From NCBI GenBank assembly GCA_951406725.2, contig OX597822.1:108624001-108688000 (forward strand): a DNA stretch of 64,000 bases. The letters run 5' to 3'. This document shows, one piece after another, positions 26,096-39,110 of this stretch; the stretch's first letter is position 1; the number at the start of each line of letters is the position of its first letter. Below the pieces are notes generated by a model that was not told where the DNA came from, made no database searches, and worked only from the letters and a program-made list of their open reading frames with translations. Position numbers and translations under genes: made by a program. This DNA comes from Octopus vulgaris (Eukaryota).

Positions 26096-27543
26096 TAAAC
26101 TAAACACAATACTAACAAATGATTATTAGCGTCAGAGGCAGAATTAATAAAAAGCGGTAAAAGTTGTCCCTGGCTAAATGCAGATGTCATGTTAAGACAC
26201 TTGATAATGAGATAATTTCCATGAGAGGAACTCTTGTTTTCGATTTCGGTATCTGCAAGCATTGTTGTTTACATCGCTAGCGGGGATATAAATTACCTGA
26301 CATCATCACCACCGAGTCAAACAGATCTTGTTAATTCGGCCTTCCCTAGAGCTAACAATGTTACGTCGTCAGACGCTAGCGCGAGCAGCAATGTTACTGG
26401 TAACCCAATTCCAACGTGGAGGAATGATTTGACGTCAATATTTACTAAACATTAACCCAAGGCGCTACAATGTGCAGTCGAAGCTAAAAATCTGTGACAA
26501 TGCAAAGCTTTTTAACCACCAGCTCAGCAACGCATAAAGTGTTACGTATTTTTATCTTACTTTGTACAATAAAACATGTTTCAGGTCGGTATTTCGCAAT
26601 TTCTTTTACATCATTTAGTCTTTACGCGGTTTTCTCCCTTGCGAAAATGAAATGCTGTGCTATTTCATTCACTGATGATTTATTGCTGTCATTGGTGCTC
26701 TCTTTTGATCAAGAATATCACATGCTGGAAAAGGTGTTGCACATTTGAGGACAGAACGGGCGTTTCATATACTTCGTCTCAGAAAGAAATTTTCGGTTTT
26801 AAATGACAGCTATTGGAAACTACTTGCAACTTTGACAATATAATCATATGTGGAGCTTTCTATTGCCCCAACATGACTTTCGTTAGGCAATTGCCGTTAA
26901 GATAGAAATTTCAGACCTACAATAAATTTCAGAATCAAGTGTAATATTCTGACCAAAACTATTTGTTATGTTTGCACCGATGACATTTTAGCTGCTAAAC
27001 ATGACACCTGTTTTACATATATTTCATAATTCACTTCGTCTCTCACTGATTCACAACAGTTCAAACTGCTAAGAGTACCGAACCATATGTGAAAATATTG
27101 TATTTTTGTTGAGATCGTTGAGTCAGCTAAGGTGAGAGTGATTATTTACGTATCTATACATCGTCCCATTTATATTTCTTTCTGTCTATATAACAGATTG
27201 TCTTATGTATATGTCTGTCAGTGTAGTTATAGATACATAGATGTATATATATGTACTCATATATACACATGCACAATGTAATCATATATACACATGCACA
27301 AACACACACACACTTGTATATATGTAAACATATAAACTTTTACAATCACTCACGCAGAGATTTACGTGCGGCAGCATATATCATATTCGCAACTATGAAA
27401 CTAACATGTATACACACACTTTGTTTATCATTTTTCTTGTTTAGAGAAGTTAGCCGGAACTCACTGAACAAAATTAAACATGCATTATTGTGCATATGTA
27501 TGTAATGCGTATGCGAAAGAGGGGTATATGCATATATATATAC

Positions 27544-27587
<44 letters not shown>

Positions 27588-27849
27588 GTGTGTGTATATA
27601 TATATATATATACGTGTGTGTGTAAATGTGGGTGCATCTATATATTTATATATGCATGCGTATGCAATTATTGCGTATGTATGCACATGTATAGGCATAT
27701 ATGTATGTGCATGCATATACATGCATCTGTATATATATTTATATATAGGTGAGTGTGTGTGCGAGTATGTAAGTGTGTATATGTATGCATATGCGTGTAT
27801 GTGTATGTATACGTGGCAACATGTTTACAAACGTGTGTGCCTGTATATA

Positions 27850-27913
<64 letters not shown>

Positions 27914-28049
27914 TATACGTGTATATATATATATATATATATATGTTTATATGTATATAAGCATATATATACAACGGTAGGTTGATGTGAATCGGTGAGT
28001 ATATGTAGCTATGCGATGTGAGTGGTTGTACGCATGTATGTATGCTGTG

Positions 28050-28562
28050 AGGTACATTACATAGGCAATTTGAACTAGGTGAGTCAATATGGTTAACACC
28101 AAAGAAACACAATACTTCACGGACACTTTAAGATGGATCTGCCTCGGCGTTGGCTTTCAGTTCGTCACTATCTACTTTGTATCTGGTCGACCGCGTTGCT
28201 CATTTGTGAGGCGAAAGCTACCAGAACGAAATTTTACAAACCAGTTTGTTGCTATCTGCTGCATAATAACAATAGAATGAAATACTCCATTAATATTCCG
28301 AGCTGTCTTTGATGATGTATTTCCAAGAAAGAACTCATATTTCAAATCTGTACGTATTTCCGACTTATCCACCTCTAAACAATAATAACAAAAACGATTT
28401 ATAAATAATTTATAAAGCGCAAACTAAGTTAGAATAAAGAATATACATGTGTCAGCGTCCTAACAAAAATTAAAAACTGTCAAATTTTAATGGCGTAAAA
28501 TGAGCAGCTGTCAAATTTTACCATATACCTTACTACAATTTTCATACTTGGAAACTAATATA
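28050..28562 (-). mobile_element. Mariner 5' fragment (left end and transposase HTH region)
   Basis: xDKSEIRTDLKYEFFLGNTSSKTARNINGVF...NWFVKFRSGSFRLTNEQRGRPDTK, continuing VDSDELKANAEADP, parallels Hsmar1-type N-termini (FEFKMG..AAET.RNIN..F...WF.KF..G..SL.DE.RSGRP). End reads TA-TATTAGTTTCCAAG. Confidence 0.85.
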
Positions 28563-28667
28563 TCTTGACTTTTGAATAATTGTAACATATTATTTTATAG
28601 ATAAATTTCCTCTATTTACATAATATTGAGGTCTCTTTCTTTCTTTTGTTATCTTACCGTTTTTACC

Positions 28668-28741
<74 letters not shown>

Positions 28742-28743
28742 GT

Positions 28744-29044
28744 GGAGTCGCAATGGCCCAGTTTTTAGGGCAGCGGACTCGCGGTCGTAGGATCGCGGTT
28801 TCGATTCCCAGACTGGGCGTTGTGAGTGTTTATTGAGCGATAGCACCTAAAAAGCTCCACGATCTCCGGCAAGGGGTGGTGATCCCTGCTGTACTCTTTC
28901 CCCACACTTTCTCCTACTCTTTCTTCTGTTGGCCTGCTCGCTTAGCCAGCGGGGTGGCGTCATTCGAAGGCTAAAACAATGCGAACACATTGGGACCAGC
29001 GATGTGTAACAACATCTGATGGTCTGGTCGGTCACGTGATCACA

Positions 29045-29048
<4 letters not shown>
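28744..29048 (+). mobile_element. SINE family D (tRNA-derived, ends in CACGTGAT repeats), inserted in (TA)n
   Basis: GGAGTCGCAATGGCCCAGT..TTAGGGCAGCGGACTCGCGGTCGTAGGATCGCGGTTTCGATTCCC head. 3' part matches 62029-62148 on the opposite strand. Confidence 0.85.
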
Positions 29049-29121
<73 letters not shown>

Positions 29122-31749
29122 TAATCGAGGACTGTTAATGTTAATTACCCTAAAAATAAGGTATTTCCTAGCAAAACTGTTTGGTTAATAATTCGATATC
29201 GTAAGCGGATCAAATCCATCCTCCCTTAGCAGTTTCGGGATGCTATAGAAAATTTCCCAAGAAATTCAAGATAGTATTCGAATATTAATTCACACCGAGA
29301 CGAGATAGGTTTTTCTAACACAAATAATCCTTCACAAATCCTTTCTTCGCATGATAATAATTTGTTAAATACAAATCCACTTAATGAAAATACTAACATT
29401 GATTTTTTTAACACTAACCATTCTTTAAATAATAATAACAGCGAGGTTATATACTCTGAAGTTTTCTACAAACTCTATTTATCAATGTAAAATTACTTCC
29501 GTTTCTGACCATTTAATTATATATAGGTGGTTCTTCAGCTCAGTAGTTCAAAAGAATAATCTAATAATTATTTTACATTTAGACATATCAATAATCTTAA
29601 CAATATTGGTATCTTACGGATCATAATAAACAATTTGATTTGGATTGGGTTTAAGAATACTATTATAATGATTACTATAAAGTGTTGTGATTTTAAAATG
29701 ATTGATCCCATCCAAGGAGTTTTTTTCTGCTGTAATTACCACCTCGTCTAACTAAAGGCAGTTTAAATAGCTTATTATAATGTACTTTGTACATATTCTT
29801 GGTGAAATGAAGAGAAATAATGTGATATGACTTTACCTTCTGTGCACGTTGTAGCACTGTATGGAGCGCTAGCATATCATATGATGGCTTTATCCAAGTA
29901 TCGACTGACTAGAAATATAGAGAATGGAACATAATGATGAGCATGAGGTTTTATGATTTGTCTTTAAGTGAATAAAACGATTGGACTAAATTGGAAGACA
30001 TCTGTTTCGTTTTGAGCAAGGATCTGTTAGAATATTCTATCCTGTTTGTGGGAATTGGAAAAAATACTACGGGCTTTGGGCTATACCCTTAACTTCCACA
30101 CCACAGCTGTGATTGAAACTTCAGTTAGCATGGCAACATGTATTTTGACTTACGCATAAAATGACTCCTCTCATTGAACAAAAATTGTTTCAGTCACCTG
30201 AAATTGCTCATGAGCTGACAGGAATGAAATGAAATCATATACATGGCCGGATATGAGTTAAACCTTCAACGTTTCCACTTTTAGGAGATCCTATTTACCA
30301 TTAATAATATTTATGTGGCGAAGAATTATTTCATTTCTGTCCTATGTTTTAAGTAACGAGACGTAACATACAAAGAATTTGGTAAAATTGGTATTTAAAT
30401 ATGACTGCGGGAGATCATGATCTTAATTTAGCAGAACGAGAGTGGGTGTAATGATATGTTAAAATGTTATTCATTAACCTATTACGGACCTGTTTAATAT
30501 CTCATCTGAATTCTCTAAAACAAACACAAAATGCTTTAGGCGCTGTAATATATACCTTTGTGAGATTGAATTATAGCGCCCAGCACATTATGCATCTGAA
30601 CCTGCCTAGACGTGTTAAGAATACATATGCAAGCAGGCAATCTTGATGTCGTTGTAGATGGTGCAAACAAAGACTTTTTATCGGTTTGCTGATCTAAGTA
30701 CAGTTTAGCAATCCATTTTGTTCGTTGAAGGCATAAACATTGACAGTGGATTTGTCTAGCTTTATAGTTCAGACAACGTCTGCCTGATCAGACACAAAAT
30801 GTCGTCGAAATATCGATGTCACGGAATGCTGAGAACCAAAAACTCAAGTATTTTAAACCCAATGTTATCTGAAAGGAACAATGCTATTCTCATAAGATAT
30901 ACACGAAAGCACTTGGTGTATTCTGTGCTTCAACTTTCCTTGACGTGTTTAGAATAAATACGCAAATATTCATTCCTATTCCTGTTGTAGAGTGCAAACA
31001 ACGATCATTTTAAATCTAAAGTATGTTTCTATGTGAATTTACAACGATATATTTTAATAGATCTGGTGTTTACGTAGATGAGCCACTATAAATTCCAACC
31101 AATTAGAATACCAAGTCGCGTATAATCTAGCGTTTTGGAATTTATTAGAGATACTGAAAGAGCAGGAAAACTGTCTTTCTCTTTTATTCACCGTATTGAA
31201 TATGGATGTACTCATAAAGATATATAAGTTTCCCTATATGGTCATTGAAATAATGGATATTCATGTGTGAAATATTTTTGATGCTATGTGATATTTACAG
31301 TTAAACAACACCAACAATATCTCACAGAATAAATTCAAATGCGATAGAACATTTACTTAAAAAAATATACTGACTGATTTTAGTTTAATTTTTTTTTTTT
31401 ACTTTTACCAATTGTGACAGACGGAGTGGAATTATGTACTTGCATTCTATTAGAATCAGCTAACTATTTACGCCAAATCTGAGCTTTAGAAGGAAAAATT
31501 ATTGGTTAAAATAATGAATTAGCAGCATGTATAATCTATTTGTTTTGAGCGAAAACTGAAATTTTATAATTCTCCATCTGGAAGTCATTTGGGTAAATAG
31601 CCATTAAAACGTTAACATTCACTCATTTGTTCGTATTTTTTAATTTTTGGCATATCTTAACTACAACAGCTATGTCCAGGCTGCAATGATCTTGCATAGT
31701 TAAATTTAAATAGATGTTTCTAATTTATGCACAAGGCCAACAATTTTGA

Positions 31750-31925
31750 GAGAAAAATTTCAGTCGGTATTATCGACCAAAGTATTAGCCTCGTACTTTA
31801 TTTCAAACATTTTCAAATGCCAGAAGGCAGAGTTGACCTCAGCTTGACTAGCATTCCGAAAGAATTAAGAGACAAAACAAGTAGTGTAAAGTGTTTTTTC
31901 CAATTCTCAAATGATTCCTCATCTC
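31750..31925 (-). mobile_element. Highly degraded SINE family B-like copy
   Basis: GTACTTTATTTC...GAAGGCAGAGTTGACCTCAGC resembles the reverse complement of the family B core. Confidence 0.45.
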
Positions 31926-33829
31926 GTAGACTTACAAAAATTTAGATAACGTTCTTTTGTGAAAACAAAGCACAAAATTTACCTAAATAATTTCGAGCGT
32001 AATTTCATTTACTAATAAACTTTTATATGAATTCTCATGGTGGACATTCTTCCCCCAAAATTCATAGTCTTAAACAAAATTCTTGGTGATAATAAAATTT
32101 AAACAAAAAGAGTAAATAAAAACGTTTATTTGGGTTACATCTGTCATATCTTGTGTCAATAAATATTAACGACACCTTTGTAGCAATAATGTGTCTTCCA
32201 TTTTGTAATATGTGCGTGTTTTCTTTTACCGTAACGCAAGAATTCCGAAGGCAATTCATGAAAGGGATATAAAATTGTCCTGAAACTATAAGAAACAGAT
32301 ACATTATTTTCAAGTTAGTCTCGTCTCTAGAGTAAGATATATACTGAAAAGTGAATGTATATCGTATTGATTTGTCATTATTATAACATTAGACTTTGGT
32401 GCCAGTGAGAAAGTATAGTTTTATGGTATTTACTTAAAGAACAAACATAGTTAACCGATTGGAACGTTACATTTAAAGATAGAAGAAAAGGTATTAACTC
32501 AATTGATCAATCAAGAAGTGATAGCAATAAACATAGGGTTCTTTTGTGAGTTTACATCAAAAGCTATCGTTCTTTTTAAAAATCACACAAATCTGAAGTA
32601 TCATTGAGGTCAGTAGATCGAATATTTGAATCTAATATTTAAATAGACAATGTGAGAAAACTGTAGCCATTTACACTTTCTTTTATGACATGAATAAGTT
32701 TCTATTATCGTAGATTTGTATTAAGATAATATATAATTTATCGTGACATTTTTTTTCTTTAAATAATTAAATGAAATTTTATATGGTCAGAGTGGCTAGG
32801 ACGTCTAAGCTTATGTATAGAGATATGAAATTATGTAATATTTCAATTTCTTGTAAGAATATTAACCATGCCTAACGGTAAAGTGCAAATAGAATTTTTG
32901 AATAATTGATTAAACAAATTATTTACGTCGGGAAGTAAGAGGTGGGAACGTATTTATGATGAGAGTGGATGTGTTATGACTAGTACTAATATGTTTTATC
33001 CGGTAATCAGAGTCGTACTGCACAATGATACATTTCGTTAACTAAAAGAGCGAAAAAACAATGTAATTAAAGCATGAAGCGTTACTATTCATACGAATTG
33101 CTTTTTGAATATTGTTTAAGCTGCTTATATGGATGTAAGCGACACAGTCCAAAATATGGACGGGGTTTTCTGAGCATAAGTAAATTTTGTGAGTGTATTT
33201 CACTTTCAGGTTCTTCAATGAAATATCTTCTACTAGAGATAAATATCATTGGGGGTGCAATTTATCTAATGTTATACAGACGAATGGAAAGCACAAAATC
33301 GATCAGCAATGACTTAAGTTCTGGTCTTGTTGGAATGCATTTTGTCTCTGTTTATTGAGATATAGTTAAATGTATGTGTTAAAATATCATATTCACTGAG
33401 GATTGTTATAAATATGCCATATATTTTATGTGTGTATCATTCTATTTCATATCTAGCAGTCTCTCTGCTAATTACTAATCAGGTTAAGAGGTGTTAATAG
33501 CACTTATAACCTTCTCTAGCAAGTATCTTGAATTTGAAATCATCAACGATTTGTCGGAAACAATTTAAACATGAGCAACATCCTCTCCTCACTATAGTAG
33601 AGTAAAGAGTTCAATGTTAAATATATGTAAGACGAACATATATAATTATCACATTGACTTTTCAAAACTTCTTAAGTTATAAGCATATATTTTACCCTAA
33701 GTTTAGTAGAAACTTCCGAATCAATGAAATCATCTCTTTCAAGTGGACAATCCAATTCGAATGTCATGCAACTAAGTAACATACAATTAAACCAGAGACA
33801 TCTAGACACCAATAAACTTAGGTGACGTA

Positions 33830-34190
33830 AAATTTATAGGCAGCATTGTCGCCTCCGAAGGAAGCTTATCAATTTGGGAGCTTTTCTGAATGATGGAAAT
33901 TTAGAAACTGAATTAAGCGCGAGAGTGATTATGCAACAATTTGGTTATTAGAAAAAATGGAGATAGGTGTAAAAGCCAAAATCGCAATCGTTGATTCAGT
34001 GTTTATGTCTATCCTTAACTATGGTCAGGAATCTCGGGTAATGGCTATAAGAGTATGATCATGAATACAAGAGGTTGAGATATGGCACATATGATGTTTC
34101 TTTGTAGTAACGTTGCTCGATTTCTCGGGGATCTGAGATGCGCTCCAAACAGTCACTACGTCTTTGCATTCAGAGATCACAACTACTAAG
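33830..34190 (+). mobile_element. RTE-clade (Rex3/Expander-like) LINE relic, post-RT region
   Basis: KMEIGVKAKIAIVDSVFMSILNYGQESRVM...IQEVEIW...LCIQRSQL (cf. KAKL.IY.SI.VP.LTYGHE.WVM...IQAAEM...IERSQLRW). Confidence 0.7.
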
Positions 34191-35056
34191 GGAGATTCAG
34201 CGCGACTCCTTTTCTTATAGACAATAAAGATATAAATATATATATTTTTCGAATTATAGGAGCTAATTACTTCTTACTGAATAGAAATCGACGGTGATAC
34301 CGTTGTAGAGCGATGTCTAATTTGTAAAATACTAAACTTTATGAATCATTATACGTTTACGTATACAAAGCCCTTGATACTGGTTAACTAGTGACAATTT
34401 ATGGTATGATGTATAATGACCTGCAGGAATGGTAGAGACATACAAATGAAACAATATTCTGACTTTAAAACCGTGAACAATTCCATACACATTCGCGACA
34501 AACGATGATAATAAAATGCCTTGAACGGGCTCACATGCAGAGACGTGAGCTAGCAGTGGTTGAAGATGGCAAATGTTCAAAAGGATTCTGGTGAATGCAG
34601 TGGTTGTGTAGAGATTCTTAGTGAGCTATGCCGATGAAACCCTGGTTTAAGGACACCTTAGCAAATACGAAGATTTAAATATTCTCCATTCTCCATGCAT
34701 AAACACACTCCTGGCAGCATTCAGCTTAACGACATTCTTCAGATAATCTTTGTAATGTCATAATCGAAATATGTGATTCATTGAAAACCAGTTATTGTGA
34801 CTCAGTTTCAAATGGCAAATAACATTTAGCCTGAACAAATATAAAACATCCATCTACCATAATACACATTGGCGAGATGGTTTCAATAAGGATTGTTTAT
34901 CAAACAAATGCGGTGAAAAAGAACGAGTAATCAACACATAGACCTCTACAATGTGTTTTCTCCTGTCAACATCTTATGGAGACAAATCCCGTTCAATCAG
35001 TGTTATTTTGTTATCTTAATGCCTTTAATGTATACGCCACTTAAGTTTATAACTAT

Positions 35057-35341
35057 GCGTGCGAGTGGCTTCGGGATATTCGGTTCACGATCACAATATT
35101 TTGAGTTCAATTCCCGGCGACGCGTTATATCCTTTATTCCACGTTGCTCCAGTTCACTCAGCTGACAAACGTTTGTAGTACCAGTATTTCAAAGGATCAG
35201 ATTCGTCATATTCTGTTTCATGCCTAATCTCCTTGAGAGCTACGTTAAGGGTACATATATTTGTGGAGTGCTCCGACACTTGCACGTAAATTTAATGATC
35301 GGATCATCTGCAACTCTTGTCGTCGTAACCGACGAAGTGCC
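35057..35341 (+). mobile_element. Diverged SINE family C copy
   Basis: Colinear with 19319-19640 (GAGTTCAATTCCCGGCGACGCGTT, CACGTTGCTCCAGT, CTACGTTAAGGGTACA, GTCGTCGTAACCG). Confidence 0.8.
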
Positions 35342-36062
35342 GCTGCATTACTATAACCTACAAATATTCTATCAATACACATAAAAAATTATTTAAGTAA
35401 ATTCATACATATTGCTTCGAATCTTAAAATGTGTATATAAAATCACACTTATTTTTAAACGTTTATGTATTTAGGAGGATACAAAGCATGTATTAGTATT
35501 AAATGATCCCCTTGTGTTGATGTACATGACATAATTACTCATTCAAAGCACAAATAAATACATTTTAAACTTGATATTTACTCTCTACATATTTATCCAA
35601 CATGGGCTTCAACAAGAAACAAATATCGACCGACAACAAATCATTAAATTGTACAGTCTTGTTAAAATATCCCAAAATATTTTAATATTCATTTGTTTGT
35701 TTTTGACAAGTGATATGCTTCAAAATAAGGAGTGCAATGTCATTGACTTAATTCCAATGGGATATTTAACAAATGTTTATGTAACATCTTTTGTTGACAA
35801 TGAGTAACGTACATGAACTGGGGAGACTGCAGAATTGTATTAGTCCAGCGAGAATAGCAACCACTTAATTTCAATCACATTCTACATTCTCAAATAACGA
35901 AACGTATTACGTAGTTAATGCATCATTCATGGAGATGAAACCTGGGATCGTCTAACTGAAATGCATCTAAGCGGAAGTCATTAGGAACTCAATGGCATTC
36001 ACAACCAAACGCTACAACATTAACAGTAACAAGTTGGGGAAATCGATTATTTTATCTTCACA

Positions 36063-36224
36063 GGCGCAGGAGTGGCTGTGTGGAAAGTAGCTTGCTTACA
36101 AACTGCATGGTTCCGGGTTCGGTCCCACTGCGTAGCAACTTGGTCAAGTGTTTTCTACCATAGCCTCGGGCCGACCAAAGCCTTGTGAGTGGATTTGATA
36201 GACAGAAACTGAAAGAAGTCCGTC

Positions 36225-36279
<55 letters not shown>

Positions 36280-36492
36280 TGTGTGTATTTATGTGTGTGT
36301 CTGTGTTTGCCACACCCCCCAATATCGCTTGGTGTGTTTACGTCCCCGTAATTTAGCGTTTAGGCAAAAGAGACCGATATAATAAGTACTAGGCTTACAA
36401 AGAATAAGCCATGGGGTTGATTTGCTCGACAAAAGGCGGTGCTCCAGCATGGCCGCAGTCAAATGAATGAAACAAATAAAAGAGAAAAGAGT
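36063..36492 (+). mobile_element. SINE family A
   Basis: Full head and tail, internal microsatellite, small internal deletion relative to the 17965 copy. Confidence 0.9.
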
Positions 36493-37589
36493 ACCTTGTA
36501 AACATAGTGCTTAGCAAAATATAATTCTTTTACATTCGAAAGAACCCCTTTAGTTTCTATATATGGCATCTCTCTCTCCCATTCACTCTCTCTTTCCGTT
36601 TCTCTCTCTCTCGCTCACTCTCCCTCTCATACCAGCTCCTTTATTTTATCGACGAAAAGACAGAAAGTAATATAGTTCGATATACTCGTAATCGAACCAC
36701 GTCGCCGTGATTACAATCACTTTTCGAATAGATCTATTGAAAGTCGTTTGACAAAAGCAACAACAGTAATTTGTTATGTGACGTTTCTATTATCTTCGAC
36801 ACTCCTTCGGAACGAGTGATTGAAAATTATATTTATTTGATATTTAAATATTTTGTATTTCACATTGCTGTTGTAAATATTCAATAAATTAAATTGAACT
36901 GAAATGGTTATAGTTGATGAAGTAATTTAATTTGGCATTTGATTGTTCATCTAATCAAATACATTATGTACTTCATTGCACTTCAGTAGACGAAAATGTA
37001 ATTCCAGTATTTTCAAATTACCTAGCAGTTGTGTACAATAAAATATAATTGATCGATAAATCTCAAGAATATTGTTATATATTGGCTGGTGTTTCTGATA
37101 AACTGTTGGAAATAGGTCCAATTATCTATATAGATCTAGACAATGCAACATATATCTCTTTTGTTGTTTACGTTTTCAGAACGTATTCAAAGAAATTAAT
37201 TAATAATTGAAAAAACTGATAACTATTACATTATGAAGAAGCAATTGTTGTAAGATAAGTTGTATATATCAAATGTCGCAATTAAAGCAGATATCGTAAC
37301 AAATGAATAAAGAAATGCATAGATGAATAATTATATCTAACAAGAAAGTACTACTTCTGATTATATCAACTATAACGGTTACTATATAAATCACGTGGTC
37401 TCTTTTATAATTGGGCAACATTAATTTTTACAGTATGAAATTTCATAGACAATAGACATAACGCACCGAGGCACGATACAAATGTCACAGACAATATATG
37501 AAGTTGGGCTGAAAGCGTCGAATGTAAGCGCAAAACAAAATTTGGTGCAGCCTTCTAAGATATTTTAATACATTACTCATGATGCTTCA

Positions 37590-37654
<65 letters not shown>

Positions 37655-37785
37655 TAAATAACCCGGGGTTTCTACCTTTGAATAGGTCGCTTCATCCGTT
37701 TTACTTGCGTGAATTTTGCTACCCCGGTAACTGTTTATTGAATTTTCCATGTTAACGGTAAACAAAGGATATTTCCTTCATCCAT

Positions 37786-37816
<31 letters not shown>

Positions 37817-38684
37817 CAAAACGTAGAAAAAGTCTTGCATTCTATGTCGTCAGTAAGTGCGGAGCGAACTGGCCTTGACTGTAAATGATAAATGAGGCAA
37901 GCCCTCATATACAATCAAGGTTTCAATGCGATTATATCATGAGCTGCTGTGTTCATTGAGAATATATTTTCCATATGGGCGAGTGTCATACATTTCAAGA
38001 CACATAGAAAGAAATCATTTCAGTCATGTAACTATGAATGACATTAACTTTAGAAATAAATGCTATCCATTGAAGTTCCTTTGAAAATCATGCGAGTTGT
38101 ATTATATACTCTAAGTAATTGAATCTATATTACTATAGATACTCTAGAAGGACAAGGGAATTCAGTATACTTATATTGCGATAGAGAACTATCCTCTATT
38201 TTCACATGCTATTTACTTGAATAGAAACTGTAAACTGTTCTAGAATGGACTACGTATATAAAAAATACCATGAGTGATAAAGACAGGGATAGTGGTGAAG
38301 GTATGTGTTATTACGGGGAATAATAATAATGATGATGAAGCATATTAAATCAAGAACAAGGTTTAGCAAAGCGTTTTGGTGTTGTACTAATCCGCTGCTA
38401 TATAGCATATCATGCGAAATTAAATCCCTGATTAAATAAGTGAGATTCCTATAAATATCCATCGTATTTTAGTTTCTGCTTCCTGAGATTTCAACCATTT
38501 GCTAGTATAAAATCCCCATAAATTTTGGTGGAGATAATCAACTGCAAATCCTACCAGCGTATTAAGGCGAATTATCATGTTTGATGACTTAAGCGCTAGA
38601 AATCCTATACACACACACACACACACATATATACATATAAATGCATATGTGTGTGTGGGTAAGTGTGTGTGTATACATGCATAT

Positions 38685-38901
38685 ACTCTTTACTCTTTTA
38701 CTCTTTTACTTGTTTCAGTCAAATGACTGCGGCCATGCTGGAGCACCGCCTTTAGTCGAGCAAATCGACCCCGGTACTTATTCTTTGTAAGCCCAGTACT
38801 TATTTTATCGGTCTCTTTTGCCGAACCGCTAAGTGACAGGGACGTAAACACACCAGCATCGGTTGTCAAGCAATGCTAGGGGGACAAACACAGACATACA
38901 A

Positions 38902-38957
<56 letters not shown>

Positions 38958-39110
38958 GACAGGCTTCTTTCAGTTTCCGTCTACCAAATCCACTCACAAG
39001 GCATTGGTCGGCCCGGGGCTATAGCAGAAGACACTTGCCCAAGATGCCACGCAGTGGGACTGAACCCGGAACCATGAGGTTGGTTAGCAAGCTACTTACC
39101 ACACAGCCAT
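38685..39110 (-). mobile_element. SINE family A, slightly 5'-truncated
   Basis: Reverse complement of the family; (ACTCTTTT)3 tail on the + strand. Confidence 0.9.
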
